From Hydrolagus colliei (taxonomy: Eukaryota): 64,000 nucleotides of DNA. Made by a program: the position numbers and the translations under genes. Of the stretch, positions 1-13,159 are shown piece by piece. The notes beneath the pieces were generated by a model. That model was not told the origin of the DNA. It worked only from the letters and a program-made list of their open reading frames with translations, and did not search any database. The DNA lies in assembly GCA_035084275.1 (NCBI GenBank), contig CM068757.1, forward strand, positions 7,254,001-7,318,000, read 5' to 3'. How positions within the stretch are numbered: the first letter of the stretch is position 1; each line of letters opens with the position of its first letter.

Positions 1-205
1 TTCTGCTCTGAAGAAATGGGATTACTACACTGGAGAAACTCTCTCAACTGGTCCTTCGTATGAATGGGATATGGTCTCTGTCAAAGCAAGTGAGGAACCC
101 GAACAGACTGATGGTTCGGTTCCACAAACGCACAGAAAGGTGGTGTGGCCATGTTATGACAATGTCAGTAAAGTACAACCAGATGCCATCACCAAGCTCC
201 TTGAG
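1..205 (+). CDS. SBF2: SBF2/MTMR13 internal exon (5'-truncated by window edge), end of pseudophosphatase region
   Basis: Frame 2 reads SALKKWDYYTGETLSTGPSYEWDM...RKVVWPCYDNVSKVQPDAITKLLE, matching the SBF2 motifs LKKWDYY/LSTGPSY/VWPCYD. Donor gag|gtaagg at 205/206. Confidence 0.95.
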
Positions 206-642
206 GTAAGGTCAAAACGAACATAAATATGTGTCGGGTTAACTAGTTGCCCTTAGAGGTGAACTGCTGTTTTTGTAGTGGGGGTAGGATAAGGGTATCT
301 ACATAATACTTGACATCTGTTATCAGGTGAATGACTAGGTGACAAGCTTTCTTCTTCCTTTTCCAAGCATTGTTGGGGCAAAAAGAAAATGAATGCTCCT
401 ATCTCCTATGGTGATTTTTTTTCCCAGAACTCCATACCAAATAATCTATAGGCTATTTATCTCGATTTGACTTCCCCCATTGTCGCTTACTCTCTTCAAA
501 ATTTAGTCTGGCTTAAAAGAAAAGTATATTCTGGTTACACTAGAACATTTCTTCCTCTTTTGGGGATTTAAATTGAATTTCATCTTTTTTTTGTTCTTTG
601 CAATTATGGCATTGATTGTAAAATGGGATATTCTAATTATAG

Positions 643-747
643 GACATTGAAAGACTAGAGAACGAGCTGAACCAAACCCCTGAATGCTGGAAGCCAATGT
701 GGGATCGAGTAAAAGTCAACCTGAAAGAATTCAAACCAGAGATGGCT
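643..747 (+). CDS. SBF2: SBF2 exon, coiled-coil region
   Basis: Acceptor ttatag|gac; 105 nt, DIERLENELNQTPECWKPMWDRVKVNLKEFKPEMA; donor gct|gtaagt; phase 0/0. Confidence 0.93.
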
Positions 748-1399
748 GTAAGTACAAAACCACTTCACAGTAAATTTTACACCTTTGCAATAGTTGTCTA
801 CACAATATTATAACCCAAGGTTATCACCAAGGCACTAATTTCTTACTGCAGGTGCTCAGCGAAAACTACCAAATAATAAAACCTATAGGAATTCAGACAC
901 CTTTGAGGTTTCTTTATTTTTTAGAAATTTTAAATACCAACAAGATCTTAAATCCCTGATCCCTTCTACTCCACCATTGGTGGCTGAGCTATCAACTGCT
1001 ACGCTTTGGAACTCTGCCTCAGTCCCTCCTCCTTGTCTATCTTCAGATTGCATTTGAACACCTCCCTCTTTGAGCGTATCTTGTCATCTCCACGCTTTCC
1101 TTTTCTTGGTTTTCAAGTTCAGCCACTATTAAATATTCCAAGACACTATCCCACATGAAAGGTGCAATAATAGTAATCCTTGCATTATTTTTGACATGTA
1201 TGCAGTTGTTCAATATGAGTCAGTGAAAAAACATAATTTGCATTTGTTATCTTATGATGCCCACAAATCTTCCATTGTTTATTGGACAGGCCAACCACAT
1301 TCAGAAAAGTTCCAATTTAGGAGCTTAGTTTAATTTTCCTCACATCCCTAATAATTCAGTCTGTGTATTGTACAAAATATTAAGTACAATTAATTTATC

Positions 1400-1520
1400 T
1401 GCCATGTTTTAAACAGACAAATATACAGTCAATTCACTTTACGGTATATTCTGTGAAGCGCTTTGAGACGTCTGGAAGACATGAAAAGCTCTATATCAAA
1501 CGCAGAGATTATTTATAATA
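1400..1520 (+). mobile_element. 3' fragment of abundant tRNA-head SINE family
   Basis: Tail cagtcaattcactttacggtatattctgtgaagcgctttgagacgtc...ctatatcaaa, shared with full-length copies. Confidence 0.8.
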
Positions 1521-1850
1521 TATTGTCTTTTTTAAAACGCAAGTCCTAGAATCATAGGGCCACTCTCTCAGAATTGTACAGCCTTATTGGAGACTTGTGA
1601 ACATGTCACCTGCCTGGTAGGAGTGGCGACCCAAATGATGTCTGGAACACAACCAGCAAACAAGGAGTAAAGTGACGGTGCATCCTTGTTTGTTTGCTAT
1701 ACCAGCTGATTAGTCAGTTGACTTAATTTATTTAAATTATTTTAGACCTTTTAGAAGAGTGGACAATATGTCAGAATGTACTTTGTGGTTGAGTTTGTAT
1801 TTAGTTTGGTCTTCACAGTCTTTACCATCTCCTGTCTCTTGATACAATAG

Positions 1851-2035
1851 AGAGGTGCCTCAGCACTGATAGCCACTAACCTCCAGCCCTATCAGAGAAG
1901 ATCTATGTTGCACTTGGCAGACAGTGGGATTGGTGACACTGACAGGAGCACCACAACATCGCCTTCAAATGGAGTTAACACGAGGAGAGCAGCAACGTTA
2001 TACAATCAATTTACTTCCAAAGATGTGGAAAATAG
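1851..2035 (+). CDS. SBF2: SBF2 exon, linker before PH domain
   Basis: Acceptor caatag|aga; [26 protein letters not shown]...[25 protein letters not shown](R); phase-2 donor ag|gtggga. The exact acceptor is slightly less certain. Confidence 0.9.
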
Positions 2036-2289
2036 GTGGGAATATTCTTTTATATAATTGCAGAGAATAGTTTAATGCTTTTTTTAAGTTTTGATGAAAA
2101 ATCATTTTTCATCCTACTCTACTGTCAGTATAAGCGACTGAATCTTCAAAATTTACGCCTCTGCCCTCTACCCTCTGGCTCACCACCACTCTATTGTTGT
2201 TAAACCACTGGTTACTCTGATTTTAAAAAAATCTTATTTATAACAAAACCAGTTGACCAAATTAACTTCCTTTTTAATAATTCCTGCAG

Positions 2290-2377
2290 GTCCTTTGAAG
2301 GTATTCTTTACAAGAGAGGGGCCTTACTGAAGGGATGGAAACCACGATGGTTTGTTTTAGATACAACTAAACACCAG
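2290..2377 (+). CDS. SBF2: SBF2 exon, PH domain N-terminal part
   Basis: Acceptor cctgcag|g; (R)[29 protein letters not shown]; donor cag|gtacat; phase matches the previous exon. Confidence 0.96.
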
Positions 2378-2697
2378 GTACATTCACATTTCCACTGAAC
2401 CTGTATAACATTATATATAACCAGTAAATATCCTGAAATTAAATATATATATATGATGCAAGTAGAATTCAGATGTGTTAAGGCACATTACCCTGACAAT
2501 CCCACCTGCCAAACCGAGTAGTTGAAAGATGAATTCTGTAGATCTTTGTCTTGCAATGCATTATGCTCATGTTGTCCTTGAAATTGACTAATTTTAGTCA
2601 AACGTAGTGCTATAATCATGCGATTGTGACTATACTTTATGAGGTACATTAATATATAACAGTTGGGTTCTTACTGATCAATCTGTTCATCCTCCAG

Positions 2698-2829
2698 CTG
2701 CGGTACTATGATACAGGTGAAGATACTAATCCCAGAGGATTCATAGATCTGGCTGAGGTTGAATCTGTTATCCCAGCCACACCAACGTTAGGTGCACCTA
2801 AACATACAAATGAGAAAGCATTCTTTGAT
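2698..2829 (+). CDS. SBF2: SBF2 exon, PH domain middle
   Basis: Acceptor cctccag|ctg; [44 protein letters not shown]; donor gat|gtgagt. Confidence 0.96.
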
Positions 2830-4384
2830 GTGAGTTGTTTTTTCTTGCTCTCTTAACGATTCTTGCATTGTCATTGTGATGGAGGATGAGAGTGTGCGTT
2901 CCAATCCATAACAATCTTATCTCTGGGATTTCCATGTGTAGGTGGGATGCATGGAGATATTTTGCTTGGTTTGGATACTCTGAAACATGATGATGGGTTT
3001 CCACATGTTTCAGACACCCGGCCCACCAAAACAAAATCATTAACAAAAGGAATATGCAGCAATCTGCTTGAGACCTAAGATTTGCTGTTTAAACAATTCA
3101 AAATTTGGATTGAGTAGTGAATAAATCAAACATTCATGTCATTCTAACGATCATTTAATGAATCAGTTAACTATTTTAATAAATGTAAAAAATTCCAGGT
3201 TTTCATTATATTTCAAAAAGGCTATTAAATACAAATTGTAGATTCAATGCTGATGCCATGATTTGCCCAGACAGTATAATCATAAAATAACATGAACAAT
3301 TTGATGCTGTAGTGGTAAAAGCACAAGTTAATCTCATCCAAGTAACATAAAAACCTTAAATTGCTATATGCCTACAAAACAACTATAAATTTTAATAATC
3401 TTACATTGCTACAAAATACTGACACAGTGTGATTTCAGTGCACTGTAAGGAGTAGCTCATGTTGTTAAATCACCGTTTATCCAATCAGTTTCTGCTTCGC
3501 TCCACATAAAAAAAAACTAAAATCCCAGTTAAAGCTCCTCATTCTGCTTTGCTGAAATTGCCCCCACAGATAGTAACCATCCGTGCCACATTTCTGTGTC
3601 TAAAAATTACCGAAATATTAGTTGGTTATTTTCAGCAAAGTGATTTAGATAACACTTCACAGCTGAATTGGAACAGAATTACATCATCAATATACTATGC
3701 ATCACAGAAATCCCAACAGGATACATAACACTTTACTGCTTAGAAAAATAAGTTACATCACCTACCTACTATGCACAGCTGAAAAGCCACATTAGTAAAC
3801 AATGAGAGTAAATAGTGCATCTCCAACAACTGAACCATTCCAGATTTTAAGTTAAAGTTGCCTATATAGTTCATCAGTCTATTAGTATTTCAAGCACAAC
3901 ACACATTATTAACTCTCTCTATTCCAATTATTTCCCAATATGGCTTCCGTCGGTCTTGTAATACAGAGCGAGGACAACAGCCATATTGCTCATCACTATT
4001 AAATTCAAGTAAATATGTGAAACCAATTCTGCAAAATAAGAACACTGGAATTCCCAGTAAAATATTTGCAACCGTTGTTTGTTTGTGTGTACGTTTGCGA
4101 GTGGAGAGGGCATTGTTCGTTGCACTAGAAAATATTTTTGTTTCCATTGAATTTTCATTAACAGAACAAGAAAGCAACCCAGGTCCAACTATATTTCTAT
4201 CAGGGAAGCAATCGAGAATCTCCTTCGAAGCTATTATCTTTTCTTCCCCAACCCTATAGCTACAGACAAAAAAAACCCACCTGATCCTAACGTGAACAAG
4301 TACTGTGAGGTTGATACAGTCATTTTGTATCAAGATGTGCTGTTTTATATCATGCAAGCAAAACACCACCAATAATACACTGCC

Positions 4385-4510
4385 CAATAATCCTAAAAAC
4401 AAATTGGTAATTTCAATCCATGACTGTTCGTGGGACACTGCTGTGCGCAATAGGCTGCCGCGTTTCGCCCACAAGTCAATTCGCTTTACAGGGTATTCTG
4501 TGAAGCGCTT
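4385..4510 (+). mobile_element. Internal fragment of the same SINE family in the SBF2 last intron
   Basis: ttggtaatttcaatccatgactgttcgtgggacactgctgtgcgcaataggctgccgcgtttcgcccac...gtgaagcgcttt. Confidence 0.8.
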
Positions 4511-4584
4511 TAAAATCTTTAAATTTGCCAATGTTGTCATCTCTGACATTAACTAATAATATATTTTCTTCTAATATACTGTAG

Positions 4585-4683
<99 letters not shown>

Positions 4684-6745
4684 CAACGATGCATTCATCA
4701 ATGAAAATCAGGGTAGAAACACAGCAGACGGACGTCCAGTTTCTGCAGTAAACAAAAGTCGAGCCCACGCAATGAATAGTGTAAAGATGATGATGGTGTC
4801 ATCACAGGATACGTCAGTCAAGCAAATGATGACTATTAATGTACTGACGTCTGGCCAACAGGTCCTGCTACAACAGAGCAATGCACTGACATCATAACCA
4901 TCACTAGCCCATGCATAACAATGTGAAATGTAAAGTTCAGCCACTAAAGACCTTAATATGATATAGCGATAGTCTGTGCTTGGAAATCTGCATGCAGTAG
5001 GTGGTTTCTAATGTAGTCTTTAGTCCTGAAATGCTGTGGAAAGCATGATTTTAAACTGTCCAAGGGAGAAAAATCACTTGTAAAATAACCTTAATTTTGT
5101 ACTATTATTGCTGTTCAATATCCAAAGCAAAGGTATCCTCTATTTGTGCAGTACTCCAGTCTCAAGGATGCACTAAACAGTAACAGTAAAGAACCACAGT
5201 GGAAGCTTTGCACTCAAACCTGTGGAATAGCATACAAAGAATGTCTCAGTGCTAATGCAATAGTAAACACATTAGCTGTAAATTAGCTCGGCTAGTTCTG
5301 GAACAGCAGCTATTGTAGAATATGTACATAAAAAGGACAGTGTTTTTTCATTAGCTTGCCTTGATATTTTAAAAGGTTTTTGCACACTAAAACTTTAGCA
5401 ATGGTTTCTTATTTTTTTTTACAGTTAATACTTTTTTTTAAATGAAGAGTTCAAAAGAATATTTGTGTTACCGCCCTACTGAAGTATGTTCAACCTGTAA
5501 CACTGCTATCTGCTGCAGACTTTTCAAGTTTAATCTAGCTTGTAATTTGTTCCTTCGTGTCTTTTAGCATGTTTATTACATTTGTACTTTAAAGGAGTTG
5601 TATATATGGCATAATTTGGTTATAATTCGCTACTTTGAATTGCTGGCTATAAAATGAACCTAATTTTTAACAAACCAAGGTGCACTAGCAATTTAAAGGT
5701 CATTTAGTAATTTATAACCACTTGGGACCAAATGAAATATCATGCACAGCTAAAGTGTGCATTTCCTTGTGAGGCACAGATCTAAAATTTTCCACATATT
5801 CATACTTGCATATCGTCGTGAAGAGAATGAAATACAATTTCTACAATTCCCACACTATTGACTTTGCTAATGTCTGTCAATCAATAGCCTCAAACTGCAT
5901 ATAATCTTTAATTTTGTGGAATGTGTTTGTATATACCGTACATCTGCTTTGTAAAATACTGATACAATATTGTGCAGTTTTTTGTTGAATTAAATGCTTC
6001 AATACTAATTTTACAATCCGTTTTATGTAAATTGTTTGATGTAATCATTTGCGTTTTTGTGACCCATTTATATTGATGCAACTTGTAATACAATGACTGT
6101 CAGAAATGTACTACGAGTAAGTATCGCTTCTATTGCACTACCAAAGGTTTCTTAAATTCTCTCTGTACTTAGCATGGGCCGTGCTAAGTACAGAGCATGG
6201 GAGGACTTGGGAGGCTAGCTGAGATTATAAAAAGATGTTGATAATAATAATTTTGATGGGTGAGGACCTTGAAATCTGCTGAAAGACAGAGAGCCATTGG
6301 AGAATGTACATATGGTGACCTTCCTAAACCCCTTTCTTCAACCTCCATCCCAACCCGTTCTGCACTTGCCATGATATTGTAAAAAATCTTCACAATATTA
6401 TTTTAGGTGCAGGATGCTATATAATTGCAAGCTGTTGGTTTCAATGCTCTTAAAACCATAGTGAGGTGTTTTTTTTCCATGTGTCAGACATCTGAACAAC
6501 CACAAAAATGGGATGGGAGGAAAAGGAGGGTTTCCACATACATTACGAATTTGGAATTTCTTTTGCAACACAAATAATAGGTGCATGTTTAATTTGTAAA
6601 GTTTTCCAACTAAGAAAGAGGTTAATTAATTATGTCAGTTTGGTGACCACATTCTGTCTTGATTTCTTTGCATTGTCTACCTTAGAAAAAGAGTGATAAA
6701 GCAGCATTCTTGTCTATGAATAAAGCTTAAAATAACATACGTTTG
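4684..6745 (+). other. SBF2: Probable SBF2 3' UTR; candidate polyA signal AATAAA at 6719-6724
   Basis: AT-rich stretch after the stop with no repeats I recognise; AATAAA at 6719. The true end is not verifiable without transcripts. Confidence 0.5.
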
Positions 6746-9149
6746 GACATCTATAGTCAAAACCCCAAACAAGCTTGGAATTTTGAATTTCCTTTGAACA
6801 AGATTATTCCACCCACAACAAAGAGGAATCAATCGAGGATAAGTCTTCTGATGGAAGAAAAATAACTGAGGACAGTCATATATTACTAGACCACTCCGTT
6901 ATTTTGTTTTGAAAGTATGTTCATTCTTCAAACATTGTGAAATAATCCTTTGCTGCCATTACTGTAGATGACATGGCCTCAAGGGAACGTCAAGAATGAA
7001 AGCAAGCTTACTGTGTAAAGGTCATCGGAATTGTTTATGCACAAAGCTCTCTCACTATCCTTTTGTTTACAACGACAACTTGAGTTTATATAGCGTCTTT
7101 CACGTGGGTAGAGTCTTCTAATGTTTAGTACGTAAAACAAGCCAGATCACTACTTTTATTAATGATAAACAGTAATGAGTAAGTCTAGTACAGTACGGCA
7201 CTAATGTGTGTATGGGGGAGGGTGGAGGGGGATGGGGGTACTCTGCCTGGCATTAGAATTCCATAGCTTCAAAAATATTCTTTAAGGAATCTGATCCTAT
7301 TGGTGTCTCCATTATTTTGCTCATATTGTTGGCATGATTTATTTGTACTTTCTGTTCTTTCTACAAAAGCATTGATTGCTTCCTTCCAGCTTCCGGAGAC
7401 TGCTACAGATTAACAATAAAGGCAGGCTTTTAAAAGCCTCTTTTCAACTACTGAAAAATATTTTTTTCAAAATAGTCACTGCGAGCTTCCAAAATGGATG
7501 GGAATGGCTACAAAACAGGAGAAAGATAAGGAACAAAAATTAACAATTAAGAAAGAGGAAGTAGAAAAACATATAAAGTAATTTTACCATTAAAAAGTAC
7601 AGACAATTGAAGAGAAAGGAACGAGAAAGGAAATGATATAAAAGAAGACACTTTCAAAAGTTTATTTTAAATTTCGGATTTGTTCTAGTAGCTAGATTGA
7701 TTGAGGTGCTATCTCTAGTACTTTATTGATTAAATAGTCCTTATAATATTGATGTTTTCTAAGCATTAGTGCATAAGCTGCAAAACTAATAACTGGTCCA
7801 CCCCAGAGAAGAAGTTTATTTGGGCCGACAGCCCAAATAAAAGTTAAAGGATGGAAAAATGGAAGATGAATGTTCCTCAATTTATGCTGCTTGTCATAAC
7901 TTCTAACTTATTCCATTAGTTATCAATTGAAACATGCTCTAAAAGATTAGTCTTATTCATTAGTTAATTGCTCAACAGCGTGTACTTTGCGAACTCCTAT
8001 AGTGTTTTCTAATCCCGTGCTTTGAATGAGTATTCATGTTAATATCAACATTTCAAAAGCATTTTGGATTATGGCAAGAAATCTGCTTCTGCAAAAAGCT
8101 TATTTTGTAAATAAATCGTGAACCTCCAAAATACTTTGAATCTACAATGACAAATGTAACTGACCAGCATGAAATCATTTATGTAAATAATTAAATTGCT
8201 TCACCGGGTAAATTTGCCAACATTGTGGAATCCTATTTACATGTGGTGCAAATTAAAACTGTTGGAATTTGCACTATGCTTGTGAAATTATATAACCATC
8301 GTTTATTTGCACTTGTTTGCTAAGTTTTCATTTCTTCACCAGGTGAGATAGACAAAGCTGTATAAACAATATCTTGAGGACTGTGTCCAATTATTACTGA
8401 CAAAACATCCCAGAGGTCATGATTAAATAGTGTATCAACTACTCCCTGGCATTTATAATTGTGGATGGGTCCAGAGTACTACCATCTTTCATTTTCATTA
8501 TAAATGACAAGGATCCAGTTCCATTTCAAAGTGCCAGAATATCGGGCTCCCCTTCAGCTTTTTGGATGCCTTCAGGCATCTGTGAAATGCCTGTCTGCCA
8601 TGGCAGCTCAATTGATGCAGATGTGCCAGCTGTATTAATACTTAGACAACTGGCTCATCAGAGGCTGCGTGTGCTGAGACGCCACTCAGGCGGCTATATA
8701 GCAGGTCCTTAACATGTTCCAGGAACTTAAGATTGCATTTCTCATCAAGAGGTCTAAGCTCCAGCCAAAGCAGAAAACGACTTACCTTGGGAGTCTTATT
8801 TCACACGTCTGTGGATATGAGTTTACTGTTTAAGGGTCCGCTTTCATCTTGGGTGTTCAATGACGGGTTTCTTCTCGTTGGAAAGATTCCCGAATCTAAG
8901 AACACAAACTTGTGTTCTCAGTCTAAGGTCGGAGCCCATCTTTAGGGTTCTGAATACAAGACTCTTTGTGTTTGCACCCACAATTTTCTCAATTGTTTAA
9001 AGTTAGGTCAGGGATTTGGGGTAAGAATCCTTTCTACAAACCTAGAGTAGCCATAGATTTGCCAGACAAATCCACTGCTTCTATTTTTTTCCCATCAGAA
9101 GTGATCCACCACAAGGCAAAGCTGAAACTGCTCAAGATTTATATATAGT

Positions 9150-9445
9150 ATATGTATAGAAATAGTGCTTTATGTCAAAACATCTCAAAGCCTTTACAGG
9201 AGCTTTACTGTGAGGCATAGTGACTACTTATAGGTGAAAACAGTGGCCAAATTATGCTCAGGAATATGCCACAACTAACCATTATTATTTTTTACCTGGG
9301 GATTGTTGATCAAGACAATCGGGATACGCCTTTCTCTTTTGGAACAATATGATGGGATCTTTGTGATGGGATCCACCTGAACAGGCAGATAGGACCGACT
9401 ACACATTAGAGGTGTTCTGATTTGCAGAGTCAAGACAAGCCACTG
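9150..9445 (-). mobile_element. Degraded Deu-domain SINE
   Basis: Reverse complement of the Deu core (gggatc...ccacctgaacaggcaga) plus tail gtgctttatgtc...catctcaaagc. Confidence 0.65.
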
Positions 9446-11753
9446 ATGCCTTTTGCTAGAAATGGCCAAAAGTATCGCTCAGCATAGTTTGTTGGAGGAA
9501 CATAGAAAAACAAGTCATTTTAGCAACTCATCCTATTCTCCAAACAAATGAATCAGAAAAGCATTTAATTTAGCAATTCACTTCTATACTCCAAACAAAC
9601 TAAACCAAAGACATCTATCAAAACATAGTGCCTTTTAAGACAACTGCAGAACCCATATTTGTAACTTGGCATCCGCATTTATTAAACTGCTCAGGCCAGA
9701 CTGAATTTTGATGGGTTCATCGTTTGCATACAAAATATTTGGTGCACTAACCGGAGACTTTTACCAAATAAAACTGGCTCCTTCACACAGCGTTTCTTTT
9801 TTAAAAAAAAAACATTGGGCATGTAACATCACAATAACTGCAATAAATGTTTTTGTTTTTTTAAAAGTTTGGCAAAGTGGTGGCTAGGTTATAGCAGTGC
9901 TCCAGTAATAACCTACACTCTGGGAAGCCAGGGTTCCAATTCCAGTATCATTTTAACAGTGGGACACAGCTTCCCGTGAGAGAGTTTGGCTACTTCTTAT
10001 CAGGATCACTTACTGAGGGCAATGGGTGGAGGGGTGAAGAGAGAAATCTCTCCTGCCCACTGTGTTACCAGGCAACAGGCATCATCATCCTCTCTGACTG
10101 GCTGAAGGCAGGACGAGCACATGAACCAACAGACAGAAATATAAACACAACGTGGGAAATAATATTCAAGAATTAGCAGATTACATTTTGTTCCTGAAAT
10201 AATCTTTCTGGGCTGAACGTGTGCACTTATACATTTGAAGGTTATCGTAGCTGGAGTCTGAAACACTTTATAATTTTGTCACACTGTGACAAGCACCTAA
10301 CAATGAGGTATGTATGTTAACAACTAACATAACTTGTTATAAGATAGTCAAGCTAATTCCACTGTGTTGAACAATGTACCTAATCCCAAATTTAAAAAAG
10401 CACCCAATACATCTTAGACCAGTGTTTTCATGGCTCTCAGTAAGAATGCTAGGCAGTGCCAAATTTAACTGCAACTGCAGAAGCTTGATTTATCTGCTTG
10501 AACTCATTTCACACAGGATTCCTTCAGTAAGGTAAGGCTTATTAGTCCTATCAGGTTCCAGACATGAAAAATCCCTGTATTGTGCACCATTAAACAGATA
10601 AGACAGTCGGTGACTTTGTGAAAAACATTCTATTTTGCATTAGAAACATTGGCGATTGATATTAACACTTAGTTTACAGTACAGAAAGAGGTATTGCTAA
10701 AGTTGAAACCTTTCAAACCCTGTATTCCAATCAAAATCACCTCTACAATCCAGGAACCTCCTACTTAAGTTGAACATCATACAAAGGCTTTCAACTGGCT
10801 TCAGCACCACGTAATATTTCCATACTCCGTGCCGAATCTTTACTTTGCAAAAATAGCAGCATCAGGTAAAAACATTAGTAATAATAATACTTGCAATTTG
10901 ATATAGCACCTTTCAGAAGGAAATCTCAAAGTGCTTCACAGGCTATACTGCAAAGGCTAGAGTTCTCTTCAATCGTACTTATGGCCACATGAACTGGTGT
11001 GGGAGCCAAAGGAGTTGTGGAGGGAAACATGACTGAAGGCGCGGTCAAAGAGGAAGATCTTGAATGAGGTGTGGGAGTGAGGTGAGGGAGTGAGTCGGGG
11101 GACTCTGGGATGAAGAATATTGCTGCTAACTAATTTTATTCATTGTTGGACCATCATGGCTGGCAGTGGGATGAGAGAAGGCTCTGTATGATAAGTCGCT
11201 GTATCAAACGCAAGGATTATTATTATACCCTAGATCTTAGAAATGAAGATAAAATGTGTTATCTTGACTACCACCAAGTCACCTCTCTACTCATTCATTG
11301 AAAGGACAGGCAATAGAGATGCTTCTTATTTAAATGCAGTTTGTTGGCAGTGGACAAAATTTGACTGTAGACGATCGGACAGCAGTAGGGACCAGTCTGA
11401 ACTCTCAGTGGCCTTTCTCTGGACACAACGGGATATTGAGGTCAGGACCTTGGAATTATTGGGCAAGAGTACAAGATTGCACAGAGGGCTTTTATTGATT
11501 TGAAATAAAATAAATACACAAAGTATGCTTCATTTCCTACGCTAATAACTATAATCCTTGCATCTGCTTTCATGACAAACCCATTCTTCCTGATTGCACA
11601 AGTTAGAGGAAGTCCGTAGAACCAGAACTCTATACGTCAAATAAATGGTGAACGTGCCAAAAGAAAGACAAAACATCGCCTCTGCATGTCACTGTCATGT
11701 CATGTCGTAGCCATTTCATAGCCTTGGACAAATAATTGATATCAAACACAGCA

Positions 11754-11768
11754 GCTGCCCTCCACTGG
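11754..11768 (-). promoter_or_regulatory. CTCF-like motif (one mismatch)
   Basis: Minus strand reads CCAGTGGAGGGCAGC; motif match only. Confidence 0.3.
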
Positions 11769-13159
11769 TGAAAATATTACCTACAAGACACCTGCTCTTT
11801 TGGACCAATGAATCTCCATGTGCTCCCAATCTTGGCATTACAGACCACACAAATACAACACAGATACGTCTAGAGTGTGGAACACACAGATGCTCGTCGG
11901 AAACTAAACAGATGCTTGTGTTTATGTGTAGGATCGAGTTTCCTTTTCCCTTCTACCTTGACTAAGGGAAAAAGGTTATACGGTTAATTGTGGGAATCTG
12001 TATTATCAGGATCTGAACTGATGCCATTGAGCACACAGTTACTATGTAATCTTTGCACTGTCGGACAAACCATTCAATCAGTATACACCGTAATCTCTGC
12101 GCTTCAGAAAACAGCACTTAATCATTATATTCTGCACTACAGGATATTGAGGACAGGAACTTGGAATTATCTAACACTGGACACAGCAATAGTCACTAAA
12201 ACTGACCTCTGCACTGCATTTATTTTGCAGCTAGAGTTTATTTTTTTCACACACACAACCAAAGCACGAATCCCCCCTCCAATCTCTCCCCTTTTCTGAA
12301 GGAGCTGACAGTGGCAGAGGTACGGTCACATCAGTTCCTGTCATCCTTTGGTACATTGCCCAGACCTGCATTCTTCACAATCATTTCCACGTCGTGTGTC
12401 TGTGCGAAACTACATTGCAGCCAATCCCAATGCTGCCCCCATTTAATAATATGTACTTTGCAACACGGTTCACCAGATAGCTGGTTCAGAGACATGATCT
12501 TTTGTATGCATGACTTTTCCCCTCCCTAGCTCAGATGATTCTGAGGCCAATTATAGCAATTTCTGCACTTGCTTAAATCAGTAAGTTAAACACAACCCTG
12601 TTCTATGTTTCTTTGTAGTACTGTAGACTGAGATATTGTGGACTAACAACAACTTAACGAATGGTTTAAAACCTAATGACTCCTCTTTTAGAGCAGAGTT
12701 TAGATATTGCTTATTGGAAATTTTAGGCAGCTATATTGATTGTAATTGAATTGATGTATTTTTCACCCATTAAATACACAGTCAATCCACTTTACAATAT
12801 ATTCTGTGAAGCTCTTTGCGATGTCTCATCAATGCAATAAGGCACTATACAAAACGGAAGGATTATTATTGTCATTGTTATTCGGTTGCACTTGCAATAA
12901 TGTGCGCGATTTGCACTTTTTAGGTAGGAGGAACTTCTCAAAGAAGAAAAGATTAAAACAAATGGGCAGTAAAGCAAAGTTATTTTAATAATGTGGAAAC
13001 ATAAATTGCATTTGGAGTTCCAGCATTTTTTTTCTCTAAGATATTTAGGATACCCAGATTGTTTCCTTGAATCTGCCACAAATTGTACAAGTGCCCCACA
13101 TCGCCACCATGTGGAAACATCTGCACATTTGTTTCTTTTAGGTTTTTAAGAATTTCAAC

